In this document: piece after piece, positions 47,231 through 56,405 of the stretch
How the letters are laid out: each line of letters opens with the position of its first letter
Position numbering within the stretch: position 1 is the stretch's first letter
DNA from: Acutalibacteraceae bacterium
GTDB taxonomy: Bacteria > Bacillota > Clostridia > Oscillospirales > Acutalibacteraceae
NCBI GenBank assembly: GCA_045539895.1
Contig: JAZQGE010000055.1
Location: 1,733-65,732, forward strand
Length of the DNA stretch: 64,000 nucleotides
Direction of reading: 5' to 3'
Made by a program: the position numbers and the translations under genes
Notes under the pieces: generated by a model
The model's input: the letters and a program-made list of their open reading frames with translations, nothing else
What the model was told of the DNA's origin: nothing
The model's database searches: none

Positions 47231-50200
47231 ATGCTTTACAAGAAAAACACTACCCCCATGACCGAGGATTTGTTCCGCAACCCAACAAGTGAATACCGTG
47301 CCACACCATTTTGGGCGTGGAACTGTGAGCTCAATCAGGCTTTGCTTGACAAGGAAATCGGCTATATGCAGGATATGGGCTTCGGCGGCTTTCATATGCA
47401 TGTGCGCGTCGGTATGTCAACCGAGTACCTTTCAGATGATTTTATGGACCTTATCAAGGGCAGTATAAAGACCGCAAAGGATAAAAAGATGCTTGCCTGG
47501 CTTTATGATGAGGATAAGTGGCCTTCGGGTTTTGCAGGCGGACTTGTTACAAAAAAGAAAGAAAACAGAGAAAAATATCTGCTTTTTACACGCAAGGGCT
47601 ACGGTACAGGCAAAGGCTCTTCAAACGATTCCTCCGCCGCTGCAGTGCGTGAAGAAAACGGCTATCTGCTTGCTCGCTACGAGGTAGAGCTTGACGATAA
47701 CGGCTGTCTTAAAAATTACCGCAGACTCAGTGATGATGAGGCAAGTGAAAATTGTTGGTATGCCTATTGTGAAACTCAGGGCGAGAGCGATTGGTTCAAT
47801 CTGCAGACCTATGTTGATTCACTTTCACCTGCCGCAATGACAGATTTTATAAATATCACACACGAGAGATACAAGGAATGTGTTGGTGAGGATTTCGGCG
47901 AGGCAGTGCCGGCAATTTTCACCGATGAGCCTCAGGTTGCGCGCAAGAAAATGTTTGGCAAAGCAATTGGTGACAGTGATGCCTTCCTGCCCTATACAAC
48001 AGACTTTGCAGATACATACGGCAAGATGTACGGCGAAGAGCTTTTTGACAAGCTTCCTGAGCTTTTCTGGGAGCTTCCCGACGGCAAGGTTTCCGTTACA
48101 AGATACCGCTATCATGACCATGTTGCAGAGCGCTTTGCTGTAGCTTTTGCTGATAACATCGGCGGTTGGTGCGAAAGAAACGGCATTATGCTAACCGGTC
48201 ATATGATGGAAGAGCCTTCACTTGAAAGTCAGAATGCCGCAACGGGCGACTGTATGCGCTCCTACAGAGGCTTCCAGCTTCCCGGTATTGATATGCTCTG
48301 TGACAGCAGAGAATTTACAACAGCAAAGCAGTGTCAGTCTGCCGTGCATCAGTATGGCAGAGAGGGTATGCTCAGTGAGCTTTACGGTGTAACAGGCTGG
48401 GATTTCAAGTTTACGGGTCACAAGCTTCAAGGTGACTGGCAGGCAGTGCTCGGCGTTACGGTACGCGTGCCGCACCTTTACTGGGTTTCAATGAAGGGCG
48501 AGGCAAAGCGCGACTATCCAGCTTGCATCGGTCACCAGTCACCGTGGTATAAAGAATACCCTTATATCGAAGACCATTTTGCACGAGTCAACACAGCTAT
48601 GACACGCGGCAAGCCTGTAGTCAGAGTCGGTGTAATTCACCCGATTGAAAGCTACTGGCTCAGGTACGGTCCGCGCGAGCAGACAAGTGCAGTCCGCGAA
48701 GAAATGAACGAGCAGTTTATGCAGCTTGCTGACTGGCTTCTGTTTAATCTTGTTGATTACAACTATATTTGTGAAGCTAACCTTCCTGAGCAGATAAAGG
48801 GCACAAAGGTTGGTCAGATGCAGTACGATACAATTATCGTGCCCAACCTTCTCACAATCCGCGGCACAACGCTTGAATTTCTCAAGGAGTTTAAAAAGGG
48901 CGGCGGAAAGGTCATTTTTGCAGGCAGCCTGCCCGAATATGTCGATGCAGTGGAAAACGGCGAAGCAAAGGCTTTTGCTGCAGAAAATACGGTAATCGGC
49001 TGGTCGAAGATTCAGCTTATAAATGCACTTGAAGCAAACCGTGAAATTGATATGCGCGATGACAGGGGTGAAAGAACGGATAACCACATGTATCAGCTCC
49101 GTCAGGAGGGTGAGCACCGCTGGCTGTTTGTTGCGCCGATTAATCATCAGGCAGATCACTACGGCTGCTGGAGCGAAGATTATACACTCCGCATAAAGGG
49201 TGAGTATGTGCCTGAGCTGTGGAACACAATGGACGGCACGGTTAAAAAACTTGCCGCAGAGTACAGGCTTGGCGACACATTTGTTGATTTTGAGCTTTAT
49301 CCGCATGACAGTGTTCTGCTTAAGCTCATTCCCGGCAAGTCCGAAGCAAAGCCCGAACCGAGAAAAGAGAGAAAAGAAATCGGTTCACTTCCCTCAAAGG
49401 TGGCGGTTGAGCTTGCAGAGCCTAATGTTGCCGTGCTCGATATGCCTCAGTACAGCCTTAACGGTGGCGAGTGGAGAGAGCGCGAGGAAATTCTGCGCAT
49501 AACAGACGCACTCAAGGCTGAACTGAAAATGGAAAATGCCATTGCAGGCGGTGCTCAGCCGTGGCTTTTCGGTGTTGAAAAAGAAACCGAAACCGTTGAG
49601 CTTAAATACACTGTTTATTCCGATGTTGAGGTTGAAAATGTAACCCTTGCGCTTGAGGATTTTGACAAGAGCAAAGTAACTTTCAACGGTAAGGCTGTTC
49701 CGATGGTCAGCGCAGGCATTTATGTTGACGATTCAATAGAAAAAGTCAGCCTCGGCAAGCTTGAAAAGGGTGAAAATACTGTAATTATTTCCCGTTCCTT
49801 CGGTAAGGTTTCAACACTTGAGGCTGTTTATCTGCTCGGTGATTTCGGTGTGGAGCTTGCAGGCTCAACATATAAGATTACAGCACCCGTCCGCGAGCTT
49901 GAATTCGGCGACTGGACCCGTCAGGGACTTCCCTTCTATGGCGGCAATGTTACTTATAAATGCAAGGTACAGGGAAACGGCGAAGAGCTCAGCGTGATGA
50001 TTCCGCATTTTGTACAGCCTGTATGCACCGTTGATGTTGACGGTAAACGCACGGGTACGGTTGCTCTTGCTCCTTACACCGCACCGCTCGGAAAGCTCAG
50101 CGAAGGCGAGCACCTTGTGGAAATCACAGCCTACGGCAACCGCTACAATACCTTTGGCGCGCTTCATATGGCTGACCCTGCACGCAGCTGGTACGGACCG

Positions 50201-50296
50201 GATGCATGGCGAACAAAGGGCACTCGCTGGTCTTATGAATATGTTATCAGACCCGGCGGAATTACAGCCGCACCGATTGTAGTAAAGTACGAATAA
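47231..50296 (+). CDS. Large putative glycoside hydrolase (family uncertain)
   Basis: 1021 aa. The N-terminal YRATPFWAWNCELN...GFGGFHMH motif resembles uncharacterised glycosidase families. It is divergently arranged with GH127. Confidence 0.45.
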   Translation: MLYKKNTTPMTEDLFRNPTSEYRATPFWAWNCELNQALLDKEIGYMQDMGFGGFHMHVRVGMSTEYLSDDFMDLIKGSIKTAKDKKMLAWLYDEDKWPSGFAGGLVTKKKENREKYLLFTRKGYGTGKGSSNDSSAAAVREENGYLLARYEVELDDNGCLKNYRRLSDDEASENCWYAYCETQGESDWFNLQTYVDSLSPAAMTDFINITHERYKECVGEDFGEAVPAIFTDEPQVARKKMFGKAIGDSDAFLPYTTDFADTYGKMYGEELFDKLPELFWELPDGKVSVTRYRYHDHVAERFAVAFADNIGGWCERNGIMLTGHMMEEPSLESQNAATGDCMRSYRGFQLPGIDMLCDSREFTTAKQCQSAVHQYGREGMLSELYGVTGWDFKFTGHKLQGDWQAVLGVTVRVPHLYWVSMKGEAKRDYPACIGHQSPWYKEYPYIEDHFARVNTAMTRGKPVVRVGVIHPIESYWLRYGPREQTSAVREEMNEQFMQLADWLLFNLVDYNYICEANLPEQIKGTKVGQMQYDTIIVPNLLTIRGTTLEFLKEFKKGGGKVIFAGSLPEYVDAVENGEAKAFAAENTVIGWSKIQLINALEANREIDMRDDRGERTDNHMYQLRQEGEHRWLFVAPINHQADHYGCWSEDYTLRIKGEYVPELWNTMDGTVKKLAAEYRLGDTFVDFELYPHDSVLLKLIPGKSEAKPEPRKERKEIGSLPSKVAVELAEPNVAVLDMPQYSLNGGEWREREEILRITDALKAELKMENAIAGGAQPWLFGVEKETETVELKYTVYSDVEVENVTLALEDFDKSKVTFNGKAVPMVSAGIYVDDSIEKVSLGKLEKGENTVIISRSFGKVSTLEAVYLLGDFGVELAGSTYKITAPVRELEFGDWTRQGLPFYGGNVTYKCKVQGNGEELSVMIPHFVQPVCTVDVDGKRTGTVALAPYTAPLGKLSEGEHLVEITAYGNRYNTFGALHMADPARSWYGPDAWRTKGTRWSYEYVIRPGGITAAPIVVKYE

Positions 50297-50303
50297 AAAG
50301 TCA

Positions 50304-50339
50304 AAAAGTCACCTCAAGAATTTTTGAGGTGACTTTTTT
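50304..50339. terminator. Bidirectional terminator between the convergent glycosidase and TIR-Sel1 genes
   Basis: 14-bp hairpin AAAAGTCACCTCAA/TTGAGGTGACTTTT flanked by A/T runs on both sides. Confidence 0.75.
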
Positions 50340-50377
50340 CGTGATTTATATTTTTGGGTTTGAATAATTTGAATAAA

Positions 50378-51967
50378 TTATTTGTTCATATAAAGCTCTT
50401 CAATTTTTTCCATCATAAATTTTCCCTGTACAAATCCATGATGATAAGATTTTTTAAAAAGCTCGTAGGCTTTATCAATATCGGGTTCACAGCCTCTGCC
50501 GAGGAAGAAAAGCATGCCTAAAATATATTCGCCTTCCTCATCGCCGTTATCGGCAGAGATTTTGGCAAAATTAAATGCCTTCTGATAATTCTGGTATTTC
50601 GGATACTGATATATAACCGACAGATGAAGCACTGACAAAAGATGTCCCTGTTCTGCTGCCAGCAAATGATATTCCAGTGCTTTGTCCAGATTCGTTTCAA
50701 CATGGCCGTGCTCATACATATATCCCAGTGTATAACAAGCGTTTATATGTCCGGCAGCAGCTGCGATTTTGAAATTATCCTGAGCAATACGGAAATCAAT
50801 CATAAAGCCGTTAGAGCCTCTGAAATAGAGCAAACCTAACTGATAATATACATCTGCATCACAGTAGCCTGCACTAATGGCATGGTGAAAATAGAAAGCG
50901 GCTTTCATATAGTCCGGCTGCTTTGATTCGCTGAGCACGCCCTGCATGTAAAGCTTTCCCAATTCGTAGCCGGCCTGCGGAAAATTATCAATAATGCGTG
51001 TGTATAAATCGGCAGCTTTTTTAAACTCTCCGTATCTTAAGTAGAAATCGGCTAGACCTTGAACTGCAATATTGTCGCCGGATTCGATAACAGATAAATA
51101 ATACTGCTCTGCTGAGTCGTAATCATACTCACAGCCCAGACCTAAGGACATCATAATTGCTACCTGCTGCTTGGCATAGCCGCTTTCTTCAGCAGCAATT
51201 TTGTAGCATTCCAAAGATTTTGCGTAGGACTGCTTTTCTCTCGGCACAACTCCTTTGTAATGCAGCTTTCCGAGCATTACAAGGGATAATATACCAAACT
51301 CATCCTTTGTTTCGGCTGCTTTCTGATACCATTTGCAGGCTTCGGTAAAGCTTCTGGCAGAGCCTCCCTTTTCATCGGCTATGCCGTAAAAATACATGTT
51401 TCCCAGTTCGTACATTGCCTTTGTGTTGCCGGCTTCAGCTAATTTAAGGTTTTCCTGAAAAGCTTCATTGATGTCATAATCGGGGTTGCTTTGATATACA
51501 TTTTTAAAAGAGCTCTTATCGGCAGGCTGGGATTTTATCCATTCAATCAAATAATTCAGCGGAGATTTGCGGTAATTATCGGTTACGGAAATTGCATCGG
51601 TATCCGGCAAAAAGCGCAGAGCTTCGGGCATATCTTCTTTGTCCTTGGGCATGGAAACACCGGGCATAAGAAGAGGGATTATGTTTTTACCGTTGTTATG
51701 TGCAATGAGAATCTCTTCTCTCACCCAGTCGATTTTTTCGTTTCTCATCAACTGTTCAAGACAGGCTTTGGAAACTATCAGCAAAAAGTCCTTACAGGAT
51801 TGGATGGCATTGCGTAATCTGTCCGGAAAACTTCCTGCATGCTGTTCGTTGGGATTATAATAAACATCATAACCCATCTCTTCAAGGTCAGCACATAATC
51901 TTGCCGCAAAGTTATTACCTTCGCCATCGTTTTTATATGATATAAAAATATCTCTGGTATTTGACAT
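50378..51967 (-). CDS. TIR-domain protein fused to Sel1-like (SLR/TPR-family) repeats
   Basis: 529 aa. The N-terminal ~140 aa (DIFISYKNDGEGNNFAARLCADLEEMGYDVYYN...DFLLIVS...IDWVREEILIA) matches the bacterial TIR_2 pattern, including the W-x-x-E glutamate. The C-terminal ~380 aa are 8-10 repeats of the Sel1 pattern (A..WY.KAAE.G...A...LG.MY..G). Confidence 0.8.
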   Translation of the reverse strand: MSNTRDIFISYKNDGEGNNFAARLCADLEEMGYDVYYNPNEQHAGSFPDRLRNAIQSCKDFLLIVSKACLEQLMRNEKIDWVREEILIAHNNGKNIIPLLMPGVSMPKDKEDMPEALRFLPDTDAISVTDNYRKSPLNYLIEWIKSQPADKSSFKNVYQSNPDYDINEAFQENLKLAEAGNTKAMYELGNMYFYGIADEKGGSARSFTEACKWYQKAAETKDEFGILSLVMLGKLHYKGVVPREKQSYAKSLECYKIAAEESGYAKQQVAIMMSLGLGCEYDYDSAEQYYLSVIESGDNIAVQGLADFYLRYGEFKKAADLYTRIIDNFPQAGYELGKLYMQGVLSESKQPDYMKAAFYFHHAISAGYCDADVYYQLGLLYFRGSNGFMIDFRIAQDNFKIAAAAGHINACYTLGYMYEHGHVETNLDKALEYHLLAAEQGHLLSVLHLSVIYQYPKYQNYQKAFNFAKISADNGDEEGEYILGMLFFLGRGCEPDIDKAYELFKKSYHHGFVQGKFMMEKIEELYMNK

Positions 51968-51995
51968 AACTGCCTCCTTTGAGCTTTATGAATAC

Positions 51996-52024
51996 ATTGT
52001 ACTATATCTGACAAAAAACGGCAA
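51996..52024 (-). promoter_or_regulatory. Candidate sigma-A promoter of the TIR-Sel1 gene
   Basis: On the minus strand: TTGCCG (52024-52019), 17-nt spacer, TACAAT (52001-51996). It is followed by AAAGGAGG 5 nt before the ATG. Confidence 0.4.
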
Positions 52025-52046
52025 TATATTTTGAGTGTGTTTTTTG

Positions 52047-52081
52047 ACAAAAAATCCACGGTGAACCGGCACCGTGGATTT
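52047..52081 (-). terminator. Intrinsic terminator of ppa
   Basis: Hairpin AATCCACGGT/ACCGTGGATT followed on the minus strand by a U-tract. It separates ppa from the TIR-Sel1 gene. Confidence 0.75.
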
Positions 52082-52087
52082 AATCTT

Positions 52088-52633
52088 TTATTCAGCTTCC
52101 GAACCGAACTTTTCGTTATATGCTGCAATTGCTTTTTCGATAACCGCTATTGCTTCATTTTCGTCCATAACCTCGTCAACTGCGGTGTCTTTCTTTTCAA
52201 GTGCTTTGTAAACCTTGAAGAAGTGCGACATTTCATCGTAAATGTGGCGGGGCAGGTTGAATATGCTGCGGTAACCGTTATAATTGGGGTCGGAGAAGGG
52301 CACGGCAATAATCTTTTCGTCGCTTCTGCCGTTGTCAAGCATTTTGATAACACCAATCGGATAACAGCGCACAAGTGTCATTGGATGAATCGGCTCTGCG
52401 CAGATAACAACAACATCGAGCGGATCAAAATCGTCCGCATAGGTGCGGGGAATAAAGCCGTAGTTTGCAGGGTAGTGAGTTGATGTGTAAAGAATACGGT
52501 CGAGCGAAAGAAGGCCTGTTTCTTTGTCAAGCTCATACTTGTTTTTGCTGCCCTGCGGAATTTCGATTACCGCAACGAAATCGGTCGGAGTAATGCGTTT
52601 GGGGTCAATGTTATAAAGGGCATTGTGAAGCAT
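52088..52633 (-). CDS. ppa: Inorganic pyrophosphatase, family I
   Basis: 181 aa. IEIPQGSKNKYELDKETG and YPANYGFIPRTYADDFDPLDVVV motifs. Confidence 0.93.
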   Translation of the reverse strand: MLHNALYNIDPKRITPTDFVAVIEIPQGSKNKYELDKETGLLSLDRILYTSTHYPANYGFIPRTYADDFDPLDVVVICAEPIHPMTLVRCYPIGVIKMLDNGRSDEKIIAVPFSDPNYNGYRSIFNLPRHIYDEMSHFFKVYKALEKKDTAVDEVMDENEAIAVIEKAIAAYNEKFGSEAE

Positions 52634-52648
52634 CAGTTATCACCCGAA

Positions 52649-53545
52649 TTATTCAGCAACTGTTGTAACTGTTGCGGGATCTGTCCAGTCAAACTCATAA
52701 ACATCTGCACCGTTTACAACAAAGTGGAGGTTAGTTGTGCCGACGGAAGCGAGTGTGCCGACACCTGTAACCTCAACATCAACCTCAATGTTGCGGTGGA
52801 ACTCAACCTTGATAACTTCGTCAGTCTGTCTGTTGATTTCCATGTAGATTGAGCAGCCTGTGTATTTTGCTGTGTATGTGCCGTCGTATGAAAGGTAATC
52901 CTTAGCCTTTGCCATTTCGTCAGCAATCTTTGCTCTGTCGGGGATGTTGTAGATTGTGCCGAAGAGACCTGCGCCTGCCTGAGGATCTGTTTCATCCTTG
53001 AGTGTGATTGTGATTTTTCTTACATCTTCATCAAGCTCAACATACTCTGTTGTGTATGCTGTGTCGCTCTCTGCCTTTGCTGACTCTTCTTCGTAGCGGC
53101 TGAAAGCTTCGGGGTTGACAGCAATTTCAACAATGTCAGCAGCTGTGAGCTGAAGAGCGCCGCCGTTCTTGATGGGGATAATGTCGGAGAGGGGCTGGCC
53201 GTACTCAACCTCTGCGCCGAGGTCAGCATTGAAGCCGCCGCTCATAAGTTTGACAACTGTGGGAAGAGCAGCTGCGAGAGTGGAGTTTTCGCACTCGAAG
53301 CCCTTGGGGTCGTAGTTGCTGCTGTATGTAAGCTTTGCTTTGCCTGCGTCAACCTTAGCCATAAGGGAATTGAAGTAGTTGATAACTTCTGCAGACTCTG
53401 TCATAAGGGGAGTTGCACTTGCGATAGTTGTGGGCTCTGTTGTTTCTTCCTCATTGCCGCCGCCAATTGATGAGCAGGATGTAACACCGAGGAATACGCA
53501 TGCTGTGAGAAGGAGAGCGAGAATTTTAATTGTTTTGGATTTCAT
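52649..53545 (-). CDS. Putative lipoprotein, unknown function
   Basis: 298 aa. Signal peptide with lipobox GVTSC|S. Confidence 0.55.
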   Translation of the reverse strand: MKSKTIKILALLLTACVFLGVTSCSSIGGGNEEETTEPTTIASATPLMTESAEVINYFNSLMAKVDAGKAKLTYSSNYDPKGFECENSTLAAALPTVVKLMSGGFNADLGAEVEYGQPLSDIIPIKNGGALQLTAADIVEIAVNPEAFSRYEEESAKAESDTAYTTEYVELDEDVRKITITLKDETDPQAGAGLFGTIYNIPDRAKIADEMAKAKDYLSYDGTYTAKYTGCSIYMEINRQTDEVIKVEFHRNIEVDVEVTGVGTLASVGTTNLHFVVNGADVYEFDWTDPATVTTVAE

Positions 53546-53687
53546 TAGTGAAAGCTCCTTTCGGTTAATAACACTTTGTGGAATTATACCATATATTTTT
53601 CAAAAATAAAAGACATTTTCAGAAAATTTTGCTTTTTGTTTATATTTAAGCTTTCACTGTCCTGATTCGCAACTCTCAATGTGTAAT

Positions 53688-55892
53688 TTATGTCACGATT
53701 TCATATGCTGCTAATGCATCAATCTGCAAGGGGTAGGTTTCCATAACTCTGCCGTCATAAATTACCGTTACAATATCACCTTTTTTAAGCATGGAGGTGC
53801 TGATTTGCGGTGCATATGACAACATTGACCCAAGGCGCACCGTTACGGGTGTACCTTTCTTGATTCCGCCCTGGTCAGAGGTAAGCTCCATGTATATCGT
53901 GTTGTCGGATGCAGAGGTTACCTTGCCTGTAAGCTTCGGTTCAGCTTCGGGGCTGATGTCAGCTGTTACACCGTTGATTTCATCGGAAACGGTTGTAATT
54001 TCATAATTTTTCATACTGTCTGCTATAAATTCAACACAGCTGCTGTAATCTACCACGGACATTTTTGCAGGACCTATAATCAGGTCACGGTTACCGTCGA
54101 TAGTGTTGCGCTTTATTATTGTGTAGTTTTTGTAAAGATAAATCTTTGTGCCGCCGTCTTTGATTATATCGTTTGCTATTTTACCTGCTTTTAAATCCTC
54201 TTCTGCCTTTTTTAGCAGAATGTCGGCATCCATTTTGCCTGAGTTGAGAGCATCACCGATATAAATATCCTTACCATCAAGTGTGATATATGCTTTATCA
54301 AGGCAGTAGAGATAGGCATGGTAACCGTTGTTTTTGTAAAAGCCTTCGTCAGTCATCCATGTTACGCCTGTGTTTTCACTTTTTGTCACCGTCAACTCAT
54401 ATTCGCTCTTTGCTTCAAGCATAACGGTGGTCATTTCAACACTGTGCTGTTCGGTGGTATCGTTTTCGCTTAACCCAAAATACTCTGCAGCCTGATGTCT
54501 GCAGTCTGCCTGCAGTTCTTCAACATAGGTCTGCGTGTCGTAGTCAACGCCAATGGGGAATTTCGCCTGAAGGTCTTTAGTATACTGTGCGCCCATACCC
54601 GGCTCCCAATATTCCGTCAGGGCATAAGTGTCCTCTCCTGTTGAAATATCCTTTTCGACAAGGAAGCTGAGCGCAAGCGGAGTTATACCGCCGCTTACAT
54701 CAACAAGCTTGCCGTTTTTCTCGCTGTATTCTTCATAAAGCGCAATGAGATAAACTGTAATCTTTTTGTCGGAATTATCGTCGGTTAATGATTTTGTTGC
54801 AAGCACCTTGTGTGCCTCGAAGCTCATCATCCCGTCGAGGTATTTGCCTTGGTTGTGCTCAATTATGTTCAGGCTTATAACGCGGTCAAGCTTGTCGCTT
54901 ATTTTTGGTGTGTAATCTGTTTTTTCGCTTTCCTTAGGGTTTGTAAGGAAGCAGACGGCTGTTATGATACAAACCGCAACTGCCGCAATAACAACCCAGA
55001 AAGCTGGTTTTTTATAGTTCATAACTCCTTTAATCCTTTCTTTAACGCCGACCTCGCCGAAGGCAAGCGGACATGCTGCAATTGACCTGCGGCTGATGCT
55101 TGCGTTAAGCAGTGCCGTTGAGTAGCTGCGGCGGCAATCCTCACCCAAATCGCGGATAACCTTTTCATCGCAGGCGGCTTCAATATCTCTGCAAAGCAGA
55201 ATGTATGCCGCCCACATAAGGGGGTTAAACCAATGCATGCTCAGCAGTAAAAAGCCAAGCGGCTTTATGATGTGGTCAAGGCGCTTGATGTGTGTCTTTT
55301 CGTGTGCAATTACGAGCGGAACATCTGCTTCGTTTATTTTATAGGGCAGATAGATTTTCGGTCTGATTAATCCCAAAACAAACGGCGATGAAACCGACTC
55401 GCTCTGATATATGTTACCTTCCTTTTTTGTGGCTGTGCGCAGGCTCAGTTCAAGTCGCATAAAGCTTATGAAAGCGTAAGCCGCCATAGCAACCGCACCG
55501 ATAATCCAAACAAGTGCGGCAATACCCGCAATTTCAACACCGGCACCGGCTGATATATCCGCGCTGTTATATAAGTCGGTTACCGTGCTGTCAACAGCGG
55601 AAAAGCCTGTGTTCACTTCAAAGCTGTTGTTATAAATTGCAGAAGGGTTTACCGTCTGCGTGCTCGGCACAAGGCTGAATATGCTCTCGATTGAAACAGG
55701 CAGAACAAGACGCAGTGCAACGATGCCCCAAAGCGCGCAGGAAAGCCATTTCGGAGCTTTTCTGAACACAAGGCGCACTGCAATTACCGCAAGCACAGCC
55801 CAGCCTGCAGTTATGCTGATGTTTACAAGCTCAAGAAACGGTGCGGAAATAAATATCATAAACCGTTCAAGCAGATATATAATATCTTCCAT
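53688..55892 (-). CDS. BlaR1/MecR1-family M56 peptidase signal transducer with a long non-PBP extracellular C-terminal region
   Basis: 734 aa. N-terminal TM helices. HEKTHIKRLDH zinc-metalloprotease motif. The C-terminal ~420 aa lack SxxK/KTG motifs. Directly downstream of a BlaI-family repressor gene. Confidence 0.8.
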   Translation of the reverse strand: MEDIIYLLERFMIFISAPFLELVNISITAGWAVLAVIAVRLVFRKAPKWLSCALWGIVALRLVLPVSIESIFSLVPSTQTVNPSAIYNNSFEVNTGFSAVDSTVTDLYNSADISAGAGVEIAGIAALVWIIGAVAMAAYAFISFMRLELSLRTATKKEGNIYQSESVSSPFVLGLIRPKIYLPYKINEADVPLVIAHEKTHIKRLDHIIKPLGFLLLSMHWFNPLMWAAYILLCRDIEAACDEKVIRDLGEDCRRSYSTALLNASISRRSIAACPLAFGEVGVKERIKGVMNYKKPAFWVVIAAVAVCIITAVCFLTNPKESEKTDYTPKISDKLDRVISLNIIEHNQGKYLDGMMSFEAHKVLATKSLTDDNSDKKITVYLIALYEEYSEKNGKLVDVSGGITPLALSFLVEKDISTGEDTYALTEYWEPGMGAQYTKDLQAKFPIGVDYDTQTYVEELQADCRHQAAEYFGLSENDTTEQHSVEMTTVMLEAKSEYELTVTKSENTGVTWMTDEGFYKNNGYHAYLYCLDKAYITLDGKDIYIGDALNSGKMDADILLKKAEEDLKAGKIANDIIKDGGTKIYLYKNYTIIKRNTIDGNRDLIIGPAKMSVVDYSSCVEFIADSMKNYEITTVSDEINGVTADISPEAEPKLTGKVTSASDNTIYMELTSDQGGIKKGTPVTVRLGSMLSYAPQISTSMLKKGDIVTVIYDGRVMETYPLQIDALAAYEIVT

Positions 55893-55895
55893 AGC

Positions 55896-56246
55896 TTATT
55901 CTCCTATAATTCTGCGGATTTCTTCAATTTCCTTTTCACTAAGTTTTTTGCTTTTTGCAAATGCGGCAATAAACGCAGGCACCGAGCCGTCAAACTTCTT
56001 TTCAACAAGCTCGTCAATCTCGGATGCCTGCACCTCCTCCTTTGAAACAAGCGAGGTGACAACCGTGTTTTCGTTTTTCACAACTCCTCTGTCAGACAGT
56101 CTTTTTATTACGGTGTAGGTTGTGGTTTTGGACCAGCCGAGTTGCTCCTTGCAAAGCTCGGAAAGCTCGCGTGATGTTATCGGCTCGTTCTCCCACAAAA
56201 TCTGACAGAAGCGGTATTCGCTTTCAAAAATCTTGGGCACGGACAT
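55896..56246 (-). CDS. BlaI/MecI/CopY-family transcriptional repressor
   Basis: 116 aa. Winged-helix N-terminus (ILWENEPITSRELSELCKEQLGWSKTTTYTVIKRLSDRGVV). Confidence 0.85.
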   Translation of the reverse strand: MSVPKIFESEYRFCQILWENEPITSRELSELCKEQLGWSKTTTYTVIKRLSDRGVVKNENTVVTSLVSKEEVQASEIDELVEKKFDGSVPAFIAAFAKSKKLSEKEIEEIRRIIGE

Positions 56247-56267
56247 ATTTTATTCCTCTCCTTTTGT

Positions 56268-56312
56268 TTATTCTAATGCATTAGTACAATATTATTCTAA
56301 TGCATTAGAATA
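56268..56312. promoter_or_regulatory. Tandem palindromic operators upstream of the blaI-like gene
   Basis: TTCTAATGCATTAGTA (56271-56286, one mismatch) and the perfect 16-bp palindrome TTCTAATGCATTAGAA (56295-56310). Their centres are 24 bp apart, 25-64 nt upstream of the start codon. Confidence 0.65.
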
Positions 56313-56364
56313 AACTTGTCAAGAATAAATTTCAATTTGGCGGCGACTCGCCGACAAACTGAAA

Positions 56365-56396
56365 TTAAAACAGGCACAGATGAAAATCCGTGCCTG
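56365..56396 (-). terminator. Intrinsic terminator after the beta-helix protein gene
   Basis: Hairpin CAGGCAC/GTGCCTG with a U-rich tract on the minus strand, about 10 nt after the stop. Confidence 0.55.
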
Positions 56397-56405
56397 CCGT
56401 AAAAT

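Noticed and set aside
48539-49306. 255-aa ORF on the minus strand
   Set aside because: It is embedded antisense in the 1021-aa glycosidase-like gene. Its composition (many C, F, K, R) is typical of a shadow ORF. The same reasoning applies to the other ORFs of 60-160 aa nested in or antisense to long genes throughout the track.
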